Source: Asterias rubens (taxonomy: Eukaryota). From it: a stretch of 64,000 nucleotides of DNA. Each line of letters opens with the position of its first letter. The first letter of the stretch is position 1. Positions 12,677 through 23,900 of the stretch are shown in pieces. The stretch spans positions 9,982,001-10,046,000 of the forward strand of contig NC_047066.1 in the NCBI RefSeq assembly GCF_902459465.1, in the 5' to 3' direction. The notes under the pieces are model-generated. The model was not told where the DNA came from and did no database searches. It saw nothing but the letters and a program-made list of their open reading frames with translations. A program made the position numbers and the translations under genes.

Positions 12677-13529
12677 CTTGTTGGAAGTTTTTATTAGAGT
12701 CGAAGTTGCGAACACACAAAAACTTCAGTATGACAGCACAGAAACAGCAACGAGTGCTCTCCCCATGATAACCATGTGATAACTAAGTTCATCCGGCCTG
12801 CTGCATGTAAAGTAGAGTCCTTGAAATTCACTTCGATCACGGATAGTGTGTTATGCAATCATAGGAAGCAAGTAGTAAAATGTTCCCCGCCTGCTGCCTG
12901 TGCGCAGTACGCACTGCTGATGTCCAAAAATAATTTTACTCCGTGTTGGCCAAGCAAAAGTGCACCGGCGTTTCCGCAGCGACAGTGACACCCCTTAATT
13001 AACAGGGGTTGGCCCATGAATCACCATTTTTTCGATGTAACCGGTATCTAGACACGTTCTGGATGTGCTCATCTGTGACAGTTGTGCCAAGCTTGCTAGA
13101 GCGGAGAGTCGTGAAGAAGGAGGCGTTCTTCTCCACAAATCGTACATACGTACGTACACATCTTGAAAGCATTGGTAATCAATCACATTGCCGCGCGCTG
13201 CCACTGATGTTCCGACTGGTACCCGTGGCTCTTTGTAGAAGGGATGGAGTTAAAGTACGGCCGTATATTAAAGGGGTGGCTGGTGGTACAATAATACACA
13301 AAATAAGAACAGTTAAACTTCTTGATTGATGTATATTTATCGAGGACGAACAACTTCAGTAAAAACTAGACATAAGAATTTGTTTGATAACAAATTCGAG
13401 GTGTTCGGATTTCTGGCCTGAATTAACGAGCCATCACTTTTTAAGTTTAGTTGACTGGGGAGATAGTGAGCTATGCTGTGTGTTATTGTGAAAACAAAGT
13501 GAATAGCTATTAAATAACCTTTTTTCTAA

Positions 13530-15160
13530 GCGTTTTTTAGAACTTCCAGTTTAGACAGGTGAAAAGGTCAATACAAGGTCATCAACATATTCTTTTTTGT
13601 GACATTAATAAAATACACAATTTTGAATGGACATTTTTTCATATTTTCATTCACTTAGGCTCTAGAGCCCAAAATAACATGAGTTGTTACTTTAACTTCC
13701 GATTTCGACCGGAAGTAAAGGTCAAATGGGGTCACGTTGTGCACCGCATTTGTAGATCTTTATAAGAGGTTTCATGTACAAAAAGAATCTTGAACGTAGC
13801 TCTTTTGGTTTTGAAGATATGATTTTTCAAATTATTTAAGGTTTATTTAACGTTTATTTAACGTAATGACGTCACCATTCCAAAAAAGTTGCGGTGCCGT
13901 CTACTCACCGAGGTTGATGTTCATGAGAAGTTTCAAGTTCATACAAGTTTCAGTTTTTCTCAAAATTGGCGGAGAACGTTCAGGCAGAAGAAGACGGAGA
14001 AATGAAGGTTTGTCATATTAAACTTCAGCTTCCGGTTTGACAGGATTTAAAGGTCAAATGGGGTCACACTTTGTGCAAAACATATAGAATTGCCAGAGAG
14101 CTCAAAATTGATGTAATGATTATTAATGTACCACGTTTCATTAATAAGATACACAATTTTGTATGTACAAACTTATACTTCCGGGTTCGACCGGAAATGA
14201 AGGTCAAATGAGGTCACACATTGTAAACATTTGTAGAATCGTCGAAGGGCCTTAAAATTAAGTTATTGTATTAATACACAAAATAATATTATTCAGATAC
14301 GATTTTTTATAAAACAAACTACTACTTCCGGTTTCGACCGGAAGTAAAGGTCAAATGGGGTCACACCCTGTGTAAGATTTGTTTAATACTTCATGACCTT
14401 TCATATGGTGTAAAGATCACGTATGTAGCATATCTGATTCTGGAGATATGAGTATTTTAATAAAAAACTTCAATTTAATATAATGACGTCATCGATGACG
14501 TCATCATTCCAAATTTTGTTCTTTGTCATATACACGCTTTGGTCTAAGTACGTGGTAAGTTTCAAGTCCGTACATGCTGTATTTTTTGAGATAGCAAAAT
14601 AATTTTTTTTTCGACCTCGTGTATCATTTTCGTTGTGACGTAGCTATGACGTCACACATTATATTTTTAGAATGCTCTTGAGTTTAAAAAAATTTTATGC
14701 ATTGGACATTTTTTCATATTTTTATTTACTTAGGCTCTAGAGCCCAAAATAACATGATTTGTTACTTTAACTTCCGGTTTCGACCGGAAGTAAAGGTCAA
14801 ATGGGGTCACGTTGTGCACCGCATTTGTAGATCTTTATAAGAGGTTTTATGTAAAAAAAGAATCTTGAACGTAGCTCTTTTGGTTTTGAAGATATGATTT
14901 TTTCTAATTATTTAAGGTTTATTTCACGTTTATTTAACGTAATGACGTCATCAATGACGTCACCATTCCAAAAAAGTTGCGGTGCCGTCTACTCACCGAG
15001 GTTGATGTTCATGAGAAGTTTCAAGTTCATACAAGTTTCAGGTTTTTCTCAAAATTGGCGGAGAACGTTCAGGCAGAAGAAGAAGACGGAGAAAAAAAAA
15101 AAAAAAAAAAAAAAAACTTAACAATAACAATAGGTTTTCGGCTAAAAGCCGAACACCTAA
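13530..15160 (+). mobile_element. Helentron/HINE-like non-autonomous element with internal core repeats and 3' hairpin
   Basis: ~148-bp core repeats, a ~370-bp direct repeat offset by 1074 bp, an A-run/GAA tract, then the terminal hairpin TAGGTTTTCGGC-TAAAA-GCCGAACACCTA (15131-15159). The family assignment is by structural analogy and the left boundary is approximate. Confidence 0.55.
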
Positions 15161-15484
15161 AAAACAATAGTTCAACGTATATGGTCCCACATTAACTTGT
15201 ATCATGGAGAAGGGATGGAAATAGAACTTTCGCAGAACCAACATGATTGTGCAAATAATTAGCGGGGAAAACCATGATGCTTTCACTTTTTCAAAACATC
15301 CGGATTTGACTCATGCGAGCTCATAACTATATCAGACACTTCTGAGCATTCAGCAAAAAAGAATATTTCAGTTTGCCTCACCAAAATCTTTGATCGTTAT
15401 TATTTTCAATCGAACTTTCCAATACTGCCCGTTAAGCTGACACTGAAACAATGTTCATGAACCGGTTACAGAGTTCAACAGATA

Positions 15485-15779
15485 ATAGACCTTTCTTTTG
15501 CAACGTCACAGCCCGAGTTTTTGCCAACCCAGATTGGAAAACTATAGAAAGCCATAAGTGCAAATCAAGAATAGATCGCTATTTTTGGTAACAATGTTTG
15601 AAAATTTGTTGATGTTGTTTAAAACAAAGCAACTTATCATGAGAGGTATTTTATTTATATGAAAATTTGCAGAAAATGAATTTTGTGGAAACATCTGTTT
15701 TTACGATTGAGTGTTTTACTAACATTCGGCCGACCATGCCAACCAAGGCGGTTTGTTTATCAACAAAAGAAAGGTCTAT
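15485..15779. mobile_element. MITE with ATAGACCTTTCTTTTG TIRs
   Basis: Perfect 16-bp inverted termini. A similar ATRGACCCT-ended element lies at ~47577-47799. Confidence 0.7.
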
Positions 15780-16502
15780 AGCAGCCTAGCAAATTATGAT
15801 TAAGTTGCACGTGATAATACTGACACACATAAACACTGAGGCGGAGAGAAATTACCGCTGCATTTTACCAAAATGGGGGCGGAACCGGCCGCAATTTACG
15901 ATTCCTCGATCCTGTACATTCCATCCTCATGTCCTGATCTTTTTGATTCCCTGTTTTGAATCGATTCATGAAACAAATTCCCACATTGGGAAGCACAACA
16001 GTGGCAATATTGGTGTCATATAAAACAAATTGCCAACCGGCCGCGGGGGGCGCGCCTCCTCTTCAAGGGGGTTGGCCTATTGAAAACCATAGTTTTGGTG
16101 CACAAGACGTTTTAATGCTGTTGTATGGTAATTGTGAAATCGACCCCCTGGACATTATGTGGATGTAACCCGTGAGTCTGGTGCTACTTGATTACGCCCT
16201 CCGTTGAGTTTAGTGAGGTTGTGTGAGTGCCCGACCCACAGTTTAGTTAACAGGTGAATAAACTACAAATTCATCTGTATTACCGTGGAGGAATACATTC
16301 CTCCATGGTATTACATAAGAAATATGAACAGGTGGATGGCGTTGACGGGGAAGTTACAACGGTTCTTTTTTTTCGAAGCGTTTTTATTAGTTTGGAAGAG
16401 CATATGACCATTAACTTCCGACCACGTCCACAGAGTTTACTTACACTGTTGAAGACAAAAGCAATGTCCACATAGTGAACACAATGTCACCTCCACTACC
16501 TG

Positions 16503-16666
16503 GAGTGCGTTTTGGCGACCCCAACCAGAAACATTGGTTGTCGGTTGAGCGTCTTGTGTTCGGTTGAGCCTCGCGTGTTCGGTTGAGCCGCGGTGACGAT
16601 GCTGTTCAGACCAACCGGTAACCGACGAGTTGATTGGGCTTTAGTTTGGGTCGCCAAAACGCACCC
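16503..16666. mobile_element. PIF/Harbinger-like MITE
   Basis: TIRs G(A/G)GTGCGTTTTGGCGACCC, a 3-bp CTG duplication, and internal TTCGGTTGAGC repeats. Confidence 0.75.
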
Positions 16667-16923
16667 CTGTGCAGTTTTCTGCCCACCATTTTCAAGCTTT
16701 ACCTCTTTAGATACCAGATTTATGATACGCAATAGGCCCTATTACCAGTTTTAGGTTTTACGACTTTTTACAGGATCTTAAAGGATACAGTTAAGGATCG
16801 AACGGCAGAAAAGGACGCCGTTTTATATAGGGGTAATGCTAACAAGTGGAATTTGGTGTATTACGAAGGAAAAGGACATGCACCCCATGCACGGGGCCCT
16901 CTTGTAACACGTCTGGCTTCTCG

Positions 16924-17038
16924 TTTCCCTTTCACGCCCACCGCAGCCAATTCACCGACAGCGCCCGCACCGACTCCGGGGCGGTGAGTCGGTGCGGGCT
17001 CTGTCGGTGAATTGGCTGCGGTGTGCGTGAAAGGGAAA
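16924..17038. repeat. GC-rich palindrome, 53-bp arms, 9-nt spacer
   Basis: Arms 16924-16976 and 16986-17038 differ at 2 positions. Confidence 0.9.
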
Positions 17039-17945
17039 CAAAAAACGTCTTGCACCAATATTAACTGCGAATCTCCAGATCACAATATGAGAGTTGAGTA
17101 TAGATGTGAAATGATGCGAAGTCAAAGATGATATGGCGCCTATGACGAGCCTCGAAGTCTGACGTCAGAATGTTCACGTTCCAAACATGTTTCTTCAATC
17201 GATGTTAATAATAACAAAAGTTAAAACGTAACGGTTCTGTAATAAAACAAAAAACTGAACATTATGCCGGACAATGTACGTAATGCCTATGCCTATTATG
17301 CAAATTATTTTGTTGCACACTTTATAGTCCGGATCCCGACACTGAGTTCATTTTTATTTAGTTAAATGGCCACAGCTCACCATTATCTAAAAAGTAAATA
17401 TATAAAATATTGTGCGGGTCAGATTGTCCAAAAACGGAACTACATCTTTGTCTGACAATTATTATTTGAACACCCCCGCAGCACTGGTGCGCATTACAAG
17501 TCTCATCTGTAAAATCTTTTTTTCATTATATTTTTATTTTCTAGTATTTAATCTGGTACGCAGGTGTTCATATTAAGACTAACAAAATTAATATTTATAC
17601 ACCGAATTACATCATGTTCATATTAATACCTATGTTTGAAACCGTTTTTGTCGTCTGCGACAACTTTACATGTAAGGAGGCAGACTGCGCCTTTAACGTC
17701 TCCAAAGTCTGCAGGTCTCCAGACCAGACTGCTTTGAACAAAATGAAGCCAGAATAAAACGTGTGTTCTGGTCACGGGAAATAAAGGTCCCTGACTATAC
17801 ACACACAGCTAGCTGCTGTACTGTAGTTTACTGTTTACTTCTCAATCAAAGAATGAATACCCATTGTTATGTTTAGAAGTGGTTTGCTTATGTCAGAGTG
17901 CAGACGTCAGTTCTTATCTTACGAAACTAGGATTTAGGAAGCAAA

Positions 17946-20900
17946 ATGTCGGTTTTTTGTGCAGCTTTAAGCCTTTTCTTGCTTCTGAGCTTGGCCACAA
18001 TTTACTCGGCGAACACTCAACAGCCACCTATGGATTCGAGAAGTGCCTCTGTTTTCCTTGATACGGTAAAGATGAAGCTTGAGATTGTGGATGGCTATCA
18101 TCCCAACTCGACCTCCATGGTTGCATGGGCCAACTTCACTGACAACATGCAGAAAACTGGGTAAAGTGATTAACAAGTAACTATCTGAATCTGAATCTGA
18201 TTGAAAACACCATATTATTTTTGTTAGTGTTAAAGAACACAATAAAGAAAGTTACGTTTGACTTGGGTCGGGAAGAAACCCCCTCCTTTTGGTGGCCTTT
18301 TACTAGGCTTTGTTATTGTTAAACTTAATGTTACATCTTTTGTAGTCTCGTGTGCTTTGTAATCACGTCCTGTTAGTGTTTTTATCTCCAGCTGTGACTG
18401 TCCTTTGTTATGTGCTTTGTTATCTGCTGGTACTAATAAAAGTAACTGTTTGTTTTACCTTTGCAGCCCCTGACTATGGTTGCTTGTGTAATTTGTTTGT
18501 CCATTTTATTGTCCACAGTTTGTTGTTAATAGAAAGTTGTATGTATTTATTGTTGTTTTGGGCCCTTTTAAGATGTTTAGTTTCTTGGTGTTCCTGCTCA
18601 TTTTTTGCTTTCTTGCTTAATTATTGTTAGGCCTATGTGCAATTATTTAGGAGTTTATTTATGGCACATTGTGCGTTGTTTTTTGCAAAAATAATTAGGG
18701 AATAACAGTGCGAGTACCCGGTCTTCACTGCGTGGTTATGACCGGGTTGGTGGCTGGCGCTGTTAACGGACCGAGCCGGCTCGGTCCGTTAACAGCGCCA
18801 GCCACCAACCCGGTCATTACCACGCAGTGAAGACCGGGTACTCGCACTGATATTCCCATTAATAAATACCTTTTTTAGCGAATTAAACGGCTACAATAAT
18901 ATTGTCCAAATTTTGTGACTTTTCTCTCGGCGGTACTTCCAGACATGTTCAGGGGCCATATTTGAGCTTTTGATGGCTCCCATTTCTTTTGTGCGTTAAT
19001 CACATTACTGATCTCTGAGACCAGCTAGTGACTCTTTGAAATAATGATCTGTTCAGCGCCTTCACTGGGGTCAAAGGAGGCAAATGATTGGACGATAGCT
19101 GTTCCTTGTGCATTAAAACGCGAGCATGAGCTCGGCGTCAGTTTATACGCTCGCACATATTACACGCGCGCACTTCTATTTGATACATTTTCAAGTCTCA
19201 ACGCAGGTCATATTCACTTTTTTAAAGCAATATTGGGAAAAAGAACTTTCCGAATGCGGAGTACATTCAGTTGGACCTTGGAGGTAGAAAAACCAAAATT
19301 TGTTTATTGGCCATATGTTGGCGTATGTAAGGGGTCTATAAAATACATGTATTTCTAATAACATTTTATTCACTGTTTTGCAGATGGAATTACTTGACAG
19401 TGACGACTAACCCAGCATTCAATGACACCTTTCAAGCTTACGCAGCAGGACTCCTGGAAGGTTTCCTGACGACAGATTACATCTACATGGAGTGGTTCAA
19501 CTCCAAGGCATCCTTCTGCAAGTCACTGACCCCTGACTGCCAGAAGATAAAGAAGTTCTTGACAAAGAATCTTAAGTGGATGGAGGCGCAAGTCAAGGCA
19601 AACACTAATGACCCTTACTTTTACCAGGTCAGTAAAAGGGTTAGGGTTGAATGAAGCAGGGCTTGCACTCCACTCTTGAAGGGGGCACAGACATTTTTTC
19701 TCTGATAAGGGGCACTTCGTTTGGGAAAATTTAAGATTGTAATTGGAACCTCACAGCAAACTGGCAATATCTGGCACAGGGCACTACTGCCATCTCTCAT
19801 CAACAAAAAAATAGAAAACAGAAAGCTATTGACTCTGTTGCCATGGTCTTGGCCTTGGTGCCCCTTCAAATTTATCCCATAGGCTTGAAGGTTTTGAAGT
19901 GCCCTTTGCAAAATGATGAAATGGCTTTGCCTTCTCAATTATGAAATTCCTATACTACTATTTAATGCCAGCACATAATGTTCATAGTGGCTTAAAATGA
20001 AAGTCCTACACAATATGATATTGAAAATGATACTTGCAATACCATTATATGAAGAACAATATAGAAATTTACTAAGCATAGAATAACATTGCTTAGCAAA
20101 AGTATTGAACATTCATGTACCATGTGTAATCAACATTGGTTGCTAATTTGAACACAAATTAGCTAACCACAATTTTTATGTTTTTTTAAGAGTTTTATGA
20201 AACTGCGATCTGAAACAAAATGATTTTAGAAGTCGGACCAGTGTGAGTACAGAAATGCTTTAAAACTGTACGGAATGGGAAGTGAAGCATAGGCCTACTG
20301 TTCTACTGTGTTCTAGCTGTCCAGGGACGAAAGAAAACATTCCTTATCACATACTCTAAAGCCCAACAAAACAATATGTTGTTTCCTGTAACATGCTGGA
20401 AAAAGAATGAGGGTCACTAGGAAGGAAAAACCACTTTGTTTTATTAATTTTGGTTTTTACCCAAACACCGATGTGTGTTAGTCACTGTATTCTCAGTACT
20501 TCCCCGAGTCCTTAGAAAAAAATATCACAGGCATGTTACTCGGGTGGGATTCGAACCCAGGACCCTTGCAATTCTAGAGCAGTGTCTTACCAACTAGACT
20601 ACCGAGGGTTGCCCGGTAGCTAGAGGCAGTTTGAATCCTATGTTTTGGCAGCGAGTACCGCAACGATATAATAGATGTTAAATTTGCATCGGGGATAAAG
20701 AATATTAATTTTGTTAAAAAACAAAAAATTTTGGGAAAAACCAAAATTATATTCTTTATCCCCGATGCAAATTTAACATCCATTTTGTTTTAGGAAAGCA
20801 TGTTCTACATGTAGGTATAGGTGTATACCCCAATGTAGTTCATCATGTAGTTCATTGACCAACAATAAATTGACCTCCACGTACAACATGTACATGCTCT

Positions 20901-23900
20901 TTTTTTATGTAGGCTACTAATTTTGCTGAAATTTGATCAAACATTTGCAACAAAAAAATTCGCACAGTTCCAATGGGAGACTTTGGGACGCTAGCTGGCA
21001 GCAGACTTACCAGGTAAATTTCCATTGTTAACGTAGTTTTGAGCATGCGCACATTACCGAGAACAATGGATTTTACCTGGTAAGTCTGCTGCCACCAAGC
21101 GTCCCAAAAGTCTCCCATTTGTAATGATTTCTCAGCAGGGCTACAGGAACACACATTTATAAAATGCTAAAAACACTGGCCTCAGGCTGGCAGTCCAGTG
21201 TCAGTTTCAAGCCCCAGTTACATTGACCTATTATTAGTTTGTGTAATAATTGAACAGGGATATAAAATACTAAAATGCTATGTAATATATTTTATGGATT
21301 AGATATTGTTAGTGTGTCATTACCAAATTGCTTTGTTGCCTTAAATTCGCCCGTTTCACTTAAATTTTATGTTGTGCTTTTACTGACTGCTTTTATTGTA
21401 AAGCTTTTTGATTGAGGCTTGCATTTATAAGGGGCTCTATAAATCCATTATAATTATTATTTTTATGACTTGATTCAAACAGATGGCACTTATCCTGGAT
21501 CAACTGAGTGGATTGACAGATGGATACAACAAGAAACCACGTAAACCCAGCCTGGATATCGACCCATTCGGCTTCCTGTAAGTCATAATTGCAATTGTAT
21601 GTTTGTGTTCCTGTCATACCATGCCGAGTGTTTCCTCTCACTTACTCATAAAAAAGACAAGAACAAAGGACTTCCAGACCATGTTGTTAAAACAATGTAA
21701 TTGTCTTCAAGTTCACCAGTCAGCTGACACTGACAGGGGAGAATGAGGTAATAATAACAGGCATTGAACTTTGCTCTTGGAGGGTTGCAGCAATTTCCCC
21801 CTGGTGAGGGGCTCCTTTGTTGGGGCAAATGTAATTTTGTATTGAAACCTTGCAGAGGGCACCAAAGCAAAAGCACAGGGCACCGCGGCAATCGTTTGCT
21901 GTGGGTACCATAGGTTATTTTCACTAGTCAGCTGACACTGAGGGGAAAGAATGAGGTAATAAAAACAGGCCTTGAACTTAAAAGGGCTCTTGGAAGGTTG
22001 CAGCAATTTCCCCCTGGTAAGAGCCACTTCTATGGGTAAAATGTAAGTTTGTATTGGAACCTTGCAGAGGGCACCACAGCAAAAACACAGGGCACCACAG
22101 TAATTGCTGTGGGTATTGTTGGTTATTTCAAGCCCTGTTATAATAATAATAATAATAATGTATGTAGTTTTTGAGAAAGAGGTAATTTTTCACGCAAATA
22201 TTAAAAGACTTCAGGCCTGAAGCCTTTTATTAGACATCTGAAAGCACACAAATTTGTTCAACAAGGGTGTTTTTTTCTTTGATGACCAATTGAGTCAAAA
22301 CTTTCACAGATGTGTTATTTTATGCACATATTGGGGTACATCAAGTGAGAATACTGGTCTATTGGCAATTACCAAAGGTGTCCAGTGCCTTTAATAGAAA
22401 TTTGTTGCCGTTAGGCAATTAGGTAGGTACAATGTATAGATTGTTTCAGGGAGACTAACCCTTTAAGGTATTTCTTGCCCTTTTAGATTGTTTCAAGTGG
22501 GTGCGGACCTTGATTCTATTGAGACAGCTCTGAATACTAGAAGCAGTAAGAAACGCCCCCTTGGTGGCACCCATTGCTCCGCCCTCATCAAACTTTTGCC
22601 TGGAAACAAAGATCTCTTTGTTTCGCATGATACGTGGGACGAATACAGTGGTATGCTCAAAATTATCAAGAAATACAACTTTGGATTCCGGATGACTGCA
22701 GCTTGTGAGTATTGAACACAGACAACAAAACCATTTTCTTTGTAATTGCATATTTTTTGTGTTAGCTTTCAAAAGCACCTCAGCATTTCATACATGTCAG
22801 GTGTTTTGGGGGGTCTGAGACTTCCTTCCTTGTCTTCTCTCTCTTTTATGGGAGTGGGCTTCACGGTCAGAATTCCTTTTTCGCTGACAAAATATAAGAT
22901 AAATTTAGGACTTGATAACTAAAAAATATATGCAATCAGCTGATTTTGGTTGTTTACAACCAAAATTAACAACAGTGTGTTTACATACTGACAAATGTGC
23001 ATGGTCTTTCAGTATTTATTCCTGACTCACCTAATGGATTAAGCCTAAATTTTCATAAGTTTTCTCTTTCATTTATATGGTTGATCGCTCAAAACATGAA
23101 TTCTGTTTCATTTTAAAGCTTAAGTTTGTCCTTGTTTCCAAAACAAAAACAGATTATTTAACTTATTTACTTATTTTTTGACAGCTTCTAAGTTTATTCC
23201 TGGCCGCGAAGTGTCGTTTTCCTCCCAGCATGGTCCCATATTCTCCGGTGATGATTTCTACGTGATTGGTTCTGGATTGGTAAGTTTAGAGATCAGAAAG
23301 CCATTGGGACAGGGAGGGAACAGAAGGGAAGCCTTGGGCTGGGGGAAAATACTGAGAACATCTTTGGGCTGGGCTAGTGGGGGAATTGAGGAGGGGGTTT
23401 CAGAGTGGAAAAACTTAAAACAAAATGCTGCAAAGTGTGCTTGAATCTTAAAGGGCAGGTATACGATTGGTAATTCACTCTTAAAATTAAAGACAATGGT
23501 AAGAAGCCTACAAGAGCTTTCAGTAGTACGAAGCATTTTAAGAAACTTTTCACTCTGAAGAAATGTGGTAAATAGATATAAGTTTTTATGCCCAAAACTT
23601 GAATCTGTATTCCTGTTTTAGGGATTATACCTATTCTTCCTGCATGGACATATTCGCTTCAGATTTTCAGCGATATCTTAGATTAGCTTTATTGAATATA
23701 TCTACATTTATATAGGATTAGCGCCATGATCTAGATGGAATGGCGCTATATAAATCCCGCTATTAATATTATTATTATTATCAAAACAATCAAAGGTTTA
23801 CTCTCTCTATCATAAATAATTTGCAATATCATTTTTGGGTCTTTTGTAGGTGACTATGGAAACGACAATTGGTAATGAAAACGCTGCCTTGTGGAAGTAT

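Noticed and set aside
12677-12715. Longer PHETA start (MFATS...)
   Set aside because: The ORF-track start is a non-ATG codon (no CAT at 12713-12715); the family N-terminus is MKLNE at 12676.
17158-17775. CLEAR/TFEB site in the PLBD2 promoter
   Set aside because: Only GGTCACGGGA (~17770) was found, not TCACGTGA. A single CRE palindrome TCTGACGTCAGA at 17158-17169 is too short to call on its own.
16950-18820. Shared ACAGCGCC motif in the two GC-rich palindromes
   Set aside because: Only 8 nt, and in opposite orientation relative to the apex; not enough to call them one family.
20540-20610. Second tRNA gene (AGA loop)
   Set aside because: Imperfect acceptor and anticodon stems, no long variable arm as expected for Ser, and embedded in a dispersed repeat.
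20913-20940. Apparent PLBD2 acceptor TTTTATGTAG
   Set aside because: The phase-0 frame hits TGA within 8 codons; the exon at 21483 supplies the homologous sequence.
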